Positions 9,249 through 18,445 of a stretch of DNA of 28,326 nucleotides are shown one piece after another. The DNA comes from Geodermatophilaceae bacterium. Its GTDB lineage: Bacteria > Actinomycetota > Actinomycetes > Mycobacteriales > Geodermatophilaceae. The position numbers were made by a program, and so were the translations under genes. Positions within the stretch are counted from its first letter, which is position 1, and the number at the start of each line of letters is the position of its first letter. The notes beneath the pieces are model-generated. The model was not told the origin of the DNA. It worked only from the letters and a program-made list of their open reading frames with translations, and did no database searches. The stretch is from positions 1 through 28,326 of the forward strand of contig JACCTM010000492.1 of NCBI GenBank assembly GCA_013812385.1. Direction: 5' to 3'.

Positions 9249-9841
9249 GTGTTCAGACCCGACGAGCGAGACCGGCTGCGTGACACCTTGGTGCGGTGGC
9301 CGAGACAGACGAGCGCATCACCGGTGCTGCGTTGACTGGGTCTGCTGCGGTCGGTCGTGAGGATCGGTGGTCGGACATCGACCTCGCCTTCTGGCCAGCG
9401 GCGGAGTTCGGTGCGACCGCCCCGACCTTCCGACTCCTGTTCGGTACGGCCAACGAACGGCCACCGACATCAGCGCCCACCGCTGTTGGGTTGATCGGTA
9501 TGGGCTGGCTCTACGCCCTGCACGCTCGTTCGAGCATCGCCCGCGGCCGGCCGTGGCAGGCCGAGTACATGATCAGCGGGGTGCGAGATCACGTCATGGC
9601 CCTGGCCGGTCTGCGCCACGGCGTGCCCGCCAGCGAAGGCCGGGGCATGGACAGCCTCCCGGCGGATCTCACTGCCGGTTTGACTACAGCGCTCGTCGGC
9701 TCCCTGGACATAGCCGAACTTCGAAGGGCCTTTCGGGTCGCCGGTGAAGCGCTGCTCGTCGAGGTCGGTCACGTGTACGCCGGCCTGGTGAACCGACTTG
9801 CCGGACCCCTGGCAATGCTGCTTCAGACAGGCACGAACTAG
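9249..9841 (+). pseudogene. Degraded Pol-beta-superfamily nucleotidyltransferase (1-nt frameshift near 9294 plus probable in-frame internal deletion at 9380-9391)
   Basis: GTG 9249 reads MFRPDERDRLRDTLV, then the coding frame moves (gtg-cg-gtg-gcc) to VAETDERITGAALTGSAAVGREDRWSDIDLAF (GS...DxD motif). DIDLAF runs straight into WPAAEF, where homologs as I recall have ~50 more residues. Confidence 0.72.
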
Positions 9842-10260
9842 CTCTCGCCGCCGTGGCGTGTGGGCTTGTCCTGAGAATCGTTCTCGCCGTGCCGCCAGAA
9901 TGACAGGCCGCACTCCGCACAGGACTCGAAAGAATCCGGGCCCCAGGCGAATTCGTCACAGGCCGCCGCGGAATCAACGGCCTGGGACTGTTCGAAGAAG
10001 TGGCCCGCCGCAGCGAGCTCCTCGAGTTGCATGATCACGACGTCGGCCGGGCGGAATCGGCCAGCGCGGAAAGCCCGTTTGGCCGTGGCCAGGAGGAACG
10101 CGGAGCCTCCGTCTTCGAGGACCGGCCGAAGCCGATAACCGGCATCGGTCAGAGCCGCCAGCTGTTGCCGGGTCACCAGGGCGGGCTTCATCCGACCAGA
10201 TCGCAGGGTCGCCTTGGTCGCCGCCAGCATCACCTCGGCGGGGGTGGGCGGTTCGGTCAC
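9838..10260 (-). CDS. Hypothetical protein (140 aa) with C-terminal C-x12-C-x2-C-x6-H cluster
   Basis: Strong G/C third-position bias on the - strand; AGGAAG SD-like sequence 9 nt before GTG at 10260; no family recognised. Confidence 0.7.
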   Translation of the reverse strand: MTEPPTPAEVMLAATKATLRSGRMKPALVTRQQLAALTDAGYRLRPVLEDGGSAFLLATAKRAFRAGRFRPADVVIMQLEELAAAGHFFEQSQAVDSAAACDEFAWGPDSFESCAECGLSFWRHGENDSQDKPTRHGGES

Positions 10261-10404
10261 GGCCAGTAGCTTCCTATGTGCGGTCCCCGAGCGCCAGCAC
10301 CGGGTGATTCGACGCCGGTCGCGCAGCGGGCGAATTCGCTGCCGCGACGAAGAAAGTGTCGCCCTGACGGCGCGTCCTGTCGCCTCCACACCCGATGCGT
10401 CCCT

Positions 10405-10472
10405 TACCGTTCCAGAAGCCGACAGGTTGACATAACTATAAGCCTTCAGTAGAGGGTAAGACTCCTAGGGAG
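10405..10472 (+). promoter_or_regulatory. ftsZ promoter region: TACCGT (-10-like, 10405-10410), TTGACA (10427-10432), AAGCCTTCAGTAGAGGGT imperfect palindrome (10440-10457), GGGAG SD (10468-10472)
   Basis: Elements read directly in an AT-richer patch; they resemble the conserved actinobacterial ftsZ upstream sequence as recalled (not searched). Confidence 0.65.
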
Positions 10473-10479
10473 CGGCATC

Positions 10480-11649
10480 GTGACACCTCCACACAACTAT
10501 CTCGCCGTAATCAAGGTGGTCGGCATCGGTGGCGGGGGCGTCAATGCCGTCAACCGGATGATCGAGGTGGGCCTCAAGGGCGTCGAGTTCATCGCGATCA
10601 ACACCGACGCGCAGGCGCTGCTGATGAGCGATGCGGACGTCAAACTCGACGTGGGACGTGAGCTGACCCGGGGTCTGGGAGCCGGCGCGCTTCCTGAGGT
10701 CGGCCGCAAGGCTGCAGAAGACCATCGAGAGGAGATCGAGGAGGTTCTCAAGGGCGCGGACATGGTTTTCGTCACAGCCGGCGAGGGGGGTGGCACCGGT
10801 ACCGGAGGCGCCCCGGTCGTGGCAAGCATGGCCCGCAAGCTCGGTGCACTGACCATTGGCGTGGTCACTCGGCCGTTTTCCTTCGAGGGCAAGCGACGGG
10901 CGGTGCAGGCCGAGGAGGGCATCGCCGAACTCCGCAACGAGTGCGACACCCTGATCGTCATCCCGAATGACCGGCTGTTGCAGCTCGGTGATCGCAATGT
11001 CAGCGTCATGGACGCCTTCCGGACTGCCGATCAAGTGCTCCTGTCCGGTGTCTCGGGCATCACCGACCTGATCACCACGCCTGGCCTGATCAACCTGGAC
11101 TTCGCCGACGTGAAGGCGGTGATGTCCGGAGCCGGCTCTGCGCTGATGGGTATCGGTAGCGCACGCGGTGAGAACCGGGCCCTTTCCGCAGCTGAGCAGG
11201 CCATCGCCAGCCCGCTGCTGGAGGCTTCGATGGAGGGTGCGCACGGGGTCCTGCTGTCCATCTCGGGCGGCTCTGACCTGGGACTGTTCGAGATCAACGA
11301 GGCGGCCTCGCTGGTCGCGGACGCCGCGCATCCCGACGCCAACATCATTTTCGGCGCGGTCATCGACGACGCTCTCGGCGATGAAGTGCGGATCACCGTG
11401 ATCGCCGCCGGTTTCGATGGCGGTACACCGACGTACAAGCGGGCAGACCCGGCGGTTCCGGCCGAAGGCACCTCTGAGACCCCACATGCGGCCATCCCCA
11501 GCCCGACGGCCGCCAGTGAGACCAGGGACGTCGCGGCGCGTCCTGCGGTCCCGCCGCCGGCGACCCAGGCCCCCGGTGGGTCTTCCGCGCGGCCGCTGGC
11601 CGCCGAGGACTTCGACGACGACCTCGACATCCCGGAGTTCCTCCGCTGA
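10480..11649 (+). CDS. ftsZ: Cell division GTPase FtsZ
   Basis: [34 protein letters not shown] tubulin signature, NLDFADV T7 loop, [10 protein letters not shown]-terminal peptide. Confidence 0.99.
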   Translation: MTPPHNYLAVIKVVGIGGGGVNAVNRMIEVGLKGVEFIAINTDAQALLMSDADVKLDVGRELTRGLGAGALPEVGRKAAEDHREEIEEVLKGADMVFVTAGEGGGTGTGGAPVVASMARKLGALTIGVVTRPFSFEGKRRAVQAEEGIAELRNECDTLIVIPNDRLLQLGDRNVSVMDAFRTADQVLLSGVSGITDLITTPGLINLDFADVKAVMSGAGSALMGIGSARGENRALSAAEQAIASPLLEASMEGAHGVLLSISGGSDLGLFEINEAASLVADAAHPDANIIFGAVIDDALGDEVRITVIAAGFDGGTPTYKRADPAVPAEGTSETPHAAIPSPTAASETRDVAARPAVPPPATQAPGGSSARPLAAEDFDDDLDIPEFLR

Positions 11650-11714
11650 GTCGCCCCTCCCAATCTGTCGGCCGATCCAGACCCGCCCGCCCGCCGGGGC
11701 CGGGCGCGGCGCGG

Positions 11715-12407
11715 GTGCGTCGGATCGTCACCTCACGACCCGGCGGGGTCAGCGGGGCGCCGTACGACACGTTCAACCTCGGCGACCATGTCGGTGACGA
11801 CCTCGCGGCGGTTCAGGCCAACCGTGCGCGGCTGGCCCGAGCGGTGGACGGTTCATCGCTGGTCTGGATGCGCCAGGTGCACGGTGACCAGGTGGCCGTG
11901 ATCGGTTCCTCACCGCCGCCCCAGCCGCCGGACTGTGACGCGTTGGTCACCAACACCAGGGGCCTGGCGCTGGCCGTCCTGATCGCCGACTGCGTGCCGG
12001 TGCTGTTGGCCGACCCGGTGGCCGGTGTCATCGGTGCGGCCCACGCGGGCCGGGAGGGGGTGCGCCGGCATGTCGTCGCCCGCACGGTCGAGGCGATGGT
12101 TGAACTCGGTGCAACGCCGCGGCGCCTGGACGCGCTACTCGGCCCGGCGATCTGCGGCCGCTGCTACGAAGTGAGCCAGGATCTGGCCGACGAGGTGGAA
12201 TCGGCCGCCCCGGGGGGCGCAACGCGCACCCGGACCGAAGCGCCGGGTCTGGATCTGCGGGCTGCCTTGGCTGCCCAGTTGAGCCGGCTCGGCGTAGGGC
12301 AGGTGGTCAGCGATCCCCGGTGTACGGCCGAGGAGTCGAGCCTGTTCAGCTACCGTCGGGACGGGGTCACGGGTCGTCAGGCCGGAGTCATCTGGCTGCC
12401 GGCGTGA
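11715..12407 (+). CDS. pgeF: Peptidoglycan editing factor / purine nucleoside phosphorylase (YfiH, YlmD)
   Basis: FNLGDHVGDD, QVHG, ADCVPV, AAHAG, GPAICGRCYEV, FSYRR; directly after ftsZ. Confidence 0.93.
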   Translation: MRRIVTSRPGGVSGAPYDTFNLGDHVGDDLAAVQANRARLARAVDGSSLVWMRQVHGDQVAVIGSSPPPQPPDCDALVTNTRGLALAVLIADCVPVLLADPVAGVIGAAHAGREGVRRHVVARTVEAMVELGATPRRLDALLGPAICGRCYEVSQDLADEVESAAPGGATRTRTEAPGLDLRAALAAQLSRLGVGQVVSDPRCTAEESSLFSYRRDGVTGRQAGVIWLPA

Positions 12408-13189
12408 CTGATCCGCGCGCGACGAGTCCTCCGGCGCCGAGCAGTCCTCCGGCTCAAGGCGATCCGCCGACTCAGAGCGCCGCCCAGCGCCTTGCCGGGG
12501 TGCGCGCCCGGATCGCGGCGGCCTGCGCTGAGGCCGATCGGGATCCAGCCGAGATCACGCTGATCGCAGTGGGCAAGGGAATCGCCGCTGGGCGGGTCGC
12601 CGAGATCCTGGCTCTCGGGGTGACTGAGCTCGGAGAGAACAAGGCACAGGAGGCCGCGACCAAGGCAGCGGACATCGCCTCACTACAACCGGAACCAGCC
12701 GCGCGCTGGCATTTCATCGGCCAGCTTCAACGCAACAAGGCCCGCATCGTGACCGGGTTCGCCTCGATGGTGCACTCCGTCGATCGCCCGGCCCTGGTCG
12801 TGGCCCTGGATCGCGCCGCGGCGCCTCGGCGACAACCTCTTGAGGTGCTGCTGCAGCTCGATCTCGATCCGAACCCGAACCCGGACCCGACCCGTGGTGG
12901 GGCCGATCCGCAGGACTTGGCCGCGCTGGCCGATGCCGTTCTCGGCGTCGAGCACCTGACATTGCGCGGGTTGATGACAGTGGCCCCACCAGGCGTCGAT
13001 GCGCGGCGCGCCTTCGATCGTCTGGTCGGGTATTCGCAGGTGCTGCAAGCGATCCAGCCATCAGCCACCGTGATATCGGCCGGCATGAGCGGGGACCTCG
13101 AGGCGGCTATCTCGGCCGGGGCCACACACGTGCGTGTCGGAACGGCGTTGTTCGGAGCCCGGAAGCTAGCCTCCGAACACCGGAGTTGA
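12404..13189 (+). CDS. yggS: PLP homeostasis protein YggS/PLPBP (YlmE), 261 aa
   Basis: LIAVGK (PLP lysine), GENKAQE, WHFIGQLQRNK, SAGMSGD, VRVGTALFG. Start reassigned to GTG 12404 (GTGA overlap with pgeF). Confidence 0.94.
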   Translation: MTDPRATSPPAPSSPPAQGDPPTQSAAQRLAGVRARIAAACAEADRDPAEITLIAVGKGIAAGRVAEILALGVTELGENKAQEAATKAADIASLQPEPAARWHFIGQLQRNKARIVTGFASMVHSVDRPALVVALDRAAAPRRQPLEVLLQLDLDPNPNPDPTRGGADPQDLAALADAVLGVEHLTLRGLMTVAPPGVDARRAFDRLVGYSQVLQAIQPSATVISAGMSGDLEAAISAGATHVRVGTALFGARKLASEHRS

Positions 13190-13249
13190 GCGGATAGAGC
13201 TGCCGGGTTCGTGGTTGAGCAGAGCTGGCGAAGAGGAAAGGTTGTCCCG

Positions 13250-13795
13250 ATGGCCGGAGCCATGCGCAAGATGGGCGTTTACCTCGGTCTTGTCGAAGAC
13301 GACGACCGCAACGAGTACGACTCCTATTCCGACGAGAGCTATGCGGAGTACGACTACACCGAGGACGCGCCGGGTTACCAACCCGCGTCGGGCGAGGACC
13401 GCGCACGAGGCGTTCGTCGCAGCGTTCCGGTCGCTGCCGCCAGCACTGTGGCCCCCGCCGTCGCCAGTGGTGTAGCCCTGCGCGATCGGCCTAGTGCGGT
13501 CCCGCGGGCGGCCTCGGAGTACCGCATCACGACGCTGCACCCGCGCACGTACAACGAGGCACGCACGATCGGCGAGCATTTCCGCGACGGCGTCCCAGTG
13601 ATCATGAATCTTAGTGAGATGGACGACTCCGATGCCAAGCGGCTGGTCGATTTTGCCGCCGGGCTGTCCTTCGGTCTGCGAGGTAGCATCGAGCGCGTCA
13701 CGAACAAGGTCTTCCTGATCTCCCCGCAGAACGTGTCCGTCACAGCTGAGGACAAGGCGCGGCTCAAGCAGAACGGGTTCTTCAACCAGAGCTAG
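13250..13795 (+). CDS. sepF: Cell division protein SepF (181 aa)
   Basis: [14 protein letters not shown] amphipathic N-terminus; [24 protein letters not shown]...RLVDFAAGL; GAGGAAAGG SD before ATG 13250. Confidence 0.96.
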   Translation: MAGAMRKMGVYLGLVEDDDRNEYDSYSDESYAEYDYTEDAPGYQPASGEDRARGVRRSVPVAAASTVAPAVASGVALRDRPSAVPRAASEYRITTLHPRTYNEARTIGEHFRDGVPVIMNLSEMDDSDAKRLVDFAAGLSFGLRGSIERVTNKVFLISPQNVSVTAEDKARLKQNGFFNQS

Positions 13796-13874
13796 CCCGT
13801 GGTGATGGTCGGCGGCGTTCACCGGTGCTCGAACGGCCGATCAGACACTCATCCTCGAGGGGCGCGAATAAGCA

Positions 13875-14165
13875 GTGAGCATCCTCTGGCAGATCGTCGC
13901 CTTCGCGCTGCTGCTGTTCATGCTGCTGCTCCTGGCCCGCCTGGTCATGGACTGGGTGATGATGCTTTCCCGGGGATGGCGGCCGGGCGGGGGAGCCGCG
14001 GCCGGCCTGGAGGTCATCTATTCCACGACTGATCCACCGCTGACTTTGCTGCGCCGAGTCCTGCCTCCGTTGAACCTGGGCTCGGTGAAGCTGGACCTCG
14101 GGTTTATGGTTCTTCTGATCGTGGTGTTCGTGTTGCGTCAGTTCACGTTGTCGCTGGCGTACTGA
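13875..14165 (+). CDS. yggT: YggT/YlmG (SepG) family membrane protein
   Basis: TDPPLTLLRRVLPPL..G.VKLDLG motif, two TM segments, position between sepF and divIVA. Confidence 0.92.
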   Translation: MSILWQIVAFALLLFMLLLLARLVMDWVMMLSRGWRPGGGAAAGLEVIYSTTDPPLTLLRRVLPPLNLGSVKLDLGFMVLLIVVFVLRQFTLSLAY

Positions 14166-14217
14166 CGATCAGAAAGAGCCTTGTCGGGTACCCCGCAGCA
14201 ACCAGTTCCAATACGTT

Positions 14218-14266
14218 GTTCAGTTGAGACCCAAAGTTCAGTTCAGACCAAGTTCAGTTCAGAACC
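14218..14266 (+). repeat. Three imperfect tandem copies of GTTCAGTT(C/G)AGA(A)CC in the divIVA leader
   Basis: GTTCAGTTGAGACC (14218-14231), AAGTTCAGTTCAGACC (14234-14249), AAGTTCAGTTCAGAACC (14250-14266). Confidence 0.85.
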
Positions 14267-14289
14267 GTAACCTCAGGAGTGATTGACCG

Positions 14290-15201
14290 ATGCCGCTGAC
14301 TCCAGCCGACGTCCATAACGTCGTGTTCAAGAAGCCGCCCATCGGCAAGCGGGGGTACGACGAGGACGAGGTGGATGCCTTCCTCGATGTCGTCGAGGCC
14401 GAATTGGCCCGGCTGATCGAAGAGAACGCAGAGTTGCGTGCCCTGGTCGATCGCTCGGGAAGCCCCAGCTCGCGCGACGAGCGCTTCAGCAACGCCCAGA
14501 CCAGCGCGAACATTGCGGAGCCGGCACGCGCAGTCGCACCGCCTCCGCCCCCACCGGCCCCCGTTGCTCCGGCTCCCGAGCCGCCCCGCCCCATGCCCAA
14601 CAGCGGCCACGACAACGAGCGCACCTCGCGCGTGTTGCAGCTGGCCACCGAGACGGCCGACCGGTATGTGGCCGAAGCCACCGCCGAGGCGGCGGAGCTG
14701 CGCAGCTCGGCCAAGGCCGAGAGTGACCGGCTGCTCAGCGAGGCGCGCACAAACTCCGATCGGATGCTCAGCGACGCGAAGTCCCGCGCCGAGACGATGG
14801 TCAGCGAGGCCAAGAACCGTGCCGAGACCCTCGAGCGCGATGCCCGTGCCAAGGCGAGCGCGATCACCCAGGACGTCGAGCGCAAGCAGGTCGAGACCTT
14901 GGGTGCGCTGGAGGCGAAGCGAGTTGCCGCCGAGAAGAACATCGACCAGCTGCGTACGTTCGAGCGGGAGTACCGCTCGCGGTTGAAGTCCTACCTCGAG
15001 CTGCACCTTCGTGAGTTGAACGGTCGCGGCTCGGCCGAGCCGTCCGGCCCGGCTGCGCGCCCAGGAACCGCGGGTCAGCAGAGCGCTGGCTCGGGGCAGC
15101 CGGTGGCAGCTGGACAGAATCCGTTCGGCAGCAGCCGTCCGGGAACCGGCTCCTCCAACAGCGGGGCAGCCGGCGACCAGGGATCTCGCAGCGGGCACTG
15201 A
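14290..15201 (+). CDS. divIVA: Polar growth scaffold DivIVA/Wag31
   Basis: [33 protein letters not shown], Pro-rich linker, long coiled coil, [17 protein letters not shown]; AGGAG SD at 14275-14279. Confidence 0.97.
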   Translation: MPLTPADVHNVVFKKPPIGKRGYDEDEVDAFLDVVEAELARLIEENAELRALVDRSGSPSSRDERFSNAQTSANIAEPARAVAPPPPPPAPVAPAPEPPRPMPNSGHDNERTSRVLQLATETADRYVAEATAEAAELRSSAKAESDRLLSEARTNSDRMLSDAKSRAETMVSEAKNRAETLERDARAKASAITQDVERKQVETLGALEAKRVAAEKNIDQLRTFEREYRSRLKSYLELHLRELNGRGSAEPSGPAARPGTAGQQSAGSGQPVAAGQNPFGSSRPGTGSSNSGAAGDQGSRSGH

Positions 15202-15247
15202 CTCGGAAGCGCACTGCGGCGCAACGGTGGGTTCGGCAGCTAGCCGA

Positions 15248-18200
15248 TCATCGTGCTCGGCAGAGCGCGATCATCACCGGTCCGGGCGCACCCAGATCCA
15301 CTTCGCCCGACCAGCCTGTCTCCAGCGGCTCGACCTCGGTGCGCCTGGGTGTCTGCTCGCTCGACTCGGAAAGCGCTGCGATGGACAGATCGGTGGCCAG
15401 CGTTTCCCGGGCGATCAGATCCTGATGCGCGCGTAGTGCCGCCATCGCCGTCTCAGAGGTCACGCCCAACCTCAGTTCGATGCGATCCGAGATCGACAGA
15501 CCGGCCTCGCGTCGAGCTTCCTGGGTACCGCGGATCACATCGCGGGCCAAGCCCTCGTGTTCGAGCTCCGGGGTGAGCTCGAGGTCCAGGCGGATCATCC
15601 GCCCGTTCTCGTAGCGCGCGCCGGTGGCGTCCCCGACCGCCGGGGTCAACTCGAAGTCGCCGTTGGTGAGCACCTCCCCGGCACAGGTCACCGTGCCGTC
15701 GGGGTTCTCGGTGAACTGCCCCGCCCGAGCCGCTCGAAGGACGTGCTGCACCTTCGCGCCCAGACGTGGTCCGAGCGCGCGGGCGTTGGGCCGCAACGTG
15801 AAGGCCTGCGCCGACAGCGACTCGAGTCGTACCACCTTCACATTCACCTCGTCGGCGATCAGCTCGGCGTAGCCCTGCAGTCGTTTGGCGTCGGCGGCCT
15901 GGACCGTCAGCGATGGCAACGGCTGGCGCACGCGTATTTGGTTCGCCTTGCGGATCGAGAGCGCTACCGAGCAGACCGACCGTACGGCGTCCATGTCCTC
16001 GACCAGGCTGTCGTCGTCGGGCAGGTCCTGCATAGCGGGCCAGTCGGTGAGGTGCACCGAGGGCTTACCGGTCAGCCCTCGCCAGACCTGCTCGGTGATC
16101 ATCGGCAGCAGCGGGGCGGCCAGCCGGCAAGTCACCTCCAGGACGGTGAAGAGAGTGTCCAAGGCGTCGGGGTCGCCGGCCCAGAACCGGTCCCGGCTGC
16201 GCCGGATGTACCAGTTGGTCAGGGCATCGAGAAACGATCGGATCTGCGCGCAGGCGCCGGAGATGTCATAGGTGTCCATCGCGGCGGTCACCGCCGCGAT
16301 CGTCGTATGCAGCTTGGCCAGCACATAGCCGTCCAGGACGTTCTCGGAGTCCGTACGCCAGTTCGCCAGATGGGACTCGGCGTTGGCGTACAGGCCGAAG
16401 AAGTACCAGGCGTTCCACAGTGGATGGATGGCTTGGCGGACCGAGTCCCGGATCAGCGTCTCGGTCACCGACAGGTCTCCGCCGCGCAAGATCGGTGAGG
16501 CCATCAGCGACCACCGCATCGCGTCGGCGCCGTAGGAGTCATACATCTCGTACACGTCGGGGTAGTTGCGCAGGCTCTTGCTCATCTTGCGCCCGTCGTC
16601 GCCCAGGACGATGCCGTGCGCGACACAGGTCCGGAAGGCCGGCCGGTCGAACAGGGCAGTGGCCAGGACGTGCAGTGTGTAGAACCAGCCCCGGGTCTGG
16701 GCCAGGTACTCCACGATGAAGTCGCCGGGGTAGTGGTCCTCGAACCAGTCCCGGTTCTCGAACGGGTAGTGCACCTGGGCAAACGGCATCGACCCGGACT
16801 CGAACCAACAGTCCAGGGTCTCCGGTACCCGGCGCATCGTCGAGCGCCCGCTCGGGTCATCGGGGTTCGGCCGGGTCAGGTCGTCGACGTATGGGCGGTG
16901 CAGATCGGTCGGGCGGACGCCGAAGTCCCGCTCCAGCTCGTCCAGAGATCCGTACACGTCGGTTCGTGGGAACGTCGGATCATCGGAGACCCAGACCGGT
17001 ATCGGGCTGCCCCAGAACCGGTTCCGGCTGATCGACCAATCTCGCGCGCCTTCCAGCCACTTGCCGAACGAGCCGTCCCGGACGTGACCGGGCACCCAGG
17101 TGATCTGCTGGTTGAGCTCCACCATCCGGTCGCGGAACTTCGTCACCTCCACGAACCAGCTCGACACCGCCTTGTAGATCAGCGGTGTGTCACAGCGCCA
17201 GCAGTGCGGGTACGGGTGCTCGTAACTGTCCTGCCGGAACAGCACGCCACGTTGGCGCAACTCGGCCAACAACGGCTTGTTCGCCTCGAACACCTGCAAC
17301 CCGGCGAACCGAGGGGCCACTGAGTTGAAGCGGGCATGCTCATCGACGGTCATCACGACCGGGATACCGGCCGCCGTACACACGTTGAAGTCGTCCTCAC
17401 CGTGCGACGGGGCTACCTGCACGACTCCGGTCCCGTCCTCGGTGGACACGAATTCCCCGGCCAGGACGGTGAACGCGTTCGGCACGTCGGCCATCTGCTC
17501 TGCGAGGAACTCGAAGACCGGGGTGTACCGGCGGCCAACCAGGTCGGCACCCCTGATCGTGTCCACCCGTTCGGTGCCGGTGAGTTCGCGTTCGTAGGCA
17601 GCCAGCCGGCTCTCGGCCAGGAGGTAGCGCTGGCCGTCGGAGTCCTGCATGACCGCGTAGTCGATGTCCGGACCGACGACCAGGGCGACGTTGGGCACCA
17701 GCGTCCACGGCATGGTCGTCCAGGCCAGGATCCGCTCGCCGGTCTCCAACTCGAACCACACCGTGCTAGCCGGGTCCTGTCGGCTGCGATAGACGTCGTC
17801 CATCCGGGTCTCGGTCGCCGACAGCGGCGTCTCGCACCGCCAGCAGTAGGGCAGGACCCGGAAGCCCTCGTAGATCAGACCCTTGTCGAAGAGGGTCTTG
17901 AACGCCCACATGACGCTTTCCATGTACGGCAGGTCGAGGGTCTTGTAGTCGTTGTCGAAGTCCACCCACCGGGCCTGCCGGGTGACGTAGCGCTCCCACT
18001 CCTCGGTGTAGCGCAGCACGGATGTGCGGCAGGCGTCGTTGAACTTCTCGATCCCCATCTCGAGGATCTCCGGCTTGCCGGAGATCCCCAGTTGCTTCTC
18101 GGCCTCGACCTCGGCCGGCAGCCCGTGGCAGTCCCAGCCGAAGCGTCGCTCGACCCGGAGGCCGCGCATGGTCTGGTAGCGCGGAACCACGTCCTTGACG

Positions 18201-18433
18201 TAGCCGGTGAGCAGGTGCCCGTAGTGCGGTAGGCCGTTGGCAAACGGCGGGCCGTCGTAGAAGACATACTCGTTGCTGCCATTCACCCCAGGCTCGCGGG
18301 CCTCGACACTCGCCGGGAACGTCTTTTCAGCCACCCAGGTCGCCAGGGTGTCCTGCTCGAGGCCGGGCAGGCTCGGCGTGGGGGTGACCAGCACGGGTGC
18401 GCCGGTACTGGTGCGATGCCGGGGGTAGGACAT
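15248..18433 (-). CDS. ileS: Isoleucine--tRNA ligase, class 2 (eukaryote-like) type, 1061 aa
   Basis: [45 protein letters not shown]; no C-terminal Zn-finger cysteines seen. Start reassigned to ATG 18433, directly after the T-box leader. Confidence 0.98.
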   Translation of the reverse strand: MSYPRHRTSTGAPVLVTPTPSLPGLEQDTLATWVAEKTFPASVEAREPGVNGSNEYVFYDGPPFANGLPHYGHLLTGYVKDVVPRYQTMRGLRVERRFGWDCHGLPAEVEAEKQLGISGKPEILEMGIEKFNDACRTSVLRYTEEWERYVTRQARWVDFDNDYKTLDLPYMESVMWAFKTLFDKGLIYEGFRVLPYCWRCETPLSATETRMDDVYRSRQDPASTVWFELETGERILAWTTMPWTLVPNVALVVGPDIDYAVMQDSDGQRYLLAESRLAAYERELTGTERVDTIRGADLVGRRYTPVFEFLAEQMADVPNAFTVLAGEFVSTEDGTGVVQVAPSHGEDDFNVCTAAGIPVVMTVDEHARFNSVAPRFAGLQVFEANKPLLAELRQRGVLFRQDSYEHPYPHCWRCDTPLIYKAVSSWFVEVTKFRDRMVELNQQITWVPGHVRDGSFGKWLEGARDWSISRNRFWGSPIPVWVSDDPTFPRTDVYGSLDELERDFGVRPTDLHRPYVDDLTRPNPDDPSGRSTMRRVPETLDCWFESGSMPFAQVHYPFENRDWFEDHYPGDFIVEYLAQTRGWFYTLHVLATALFDRPAFRTCVAHGIVLGDDGRKMSKSLRNYPDVYEMYDSYGADAMRWSLMASPILRGGDLSVTETLIRDSVRQAIHPLWNAWYFFGLYANAESHLANWRTDSENVLDGYVLAKLHTTIAAVTAAMDTYDISGACAQIRSFLDALTNWYIRRSRDRFWAGDPDALDTLFTVLEVTCRLAAPLLPMITEQVWRGLTGKPSVHLTDWPAMQDLPDDDSLVEDMDAVRSVCSVALSIRKANQIRVRQPLPSLTVQAADAKRLQGYAELIADEVNVKVVRLESLSAQAFTLRPNARALGPRLGAKVQHVLRAARAGQFTENPDGTVTCAGEVLTNGDFELTPAVGDATGARYENGRMIRLDLELTPELEHEGLARDVIRGTQEARREAGLSISDRIELRLGVTSETAMAALRAHQDLIARETLATDLSIAALSESSEQTPRRTEVEPLETGWSGEVDLGAPGPVMIALCRAR

Positions 18434-18445
18434 GTGGATCTCTGC

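Noticed and set aside
7630-10430. Mobile element explanation for the ftsQ-ftsZ insert
   Set aside because: No transposase/integrase, terminal inverted repeats or target duplication found by eye.
11681-11716. GC-rich imperfect hairpin after ftsZ
   Set aside because: Irregular pairing and no U-tract; expected by chance at this GC content.
12865-12891. 6-nt repeats encoding DPNPNPDP in yggS, and AVGKG in place of AV(S/T)K(T)
   Set aside because: Short loop expansion; the PLP lysine and other motifs are intact.
15248-18433. ileS inverted relative to its neighbours
   Set aside because: As I recall, the same orientation occurs in Streptomyces, so it is not evidence of a new inversion.
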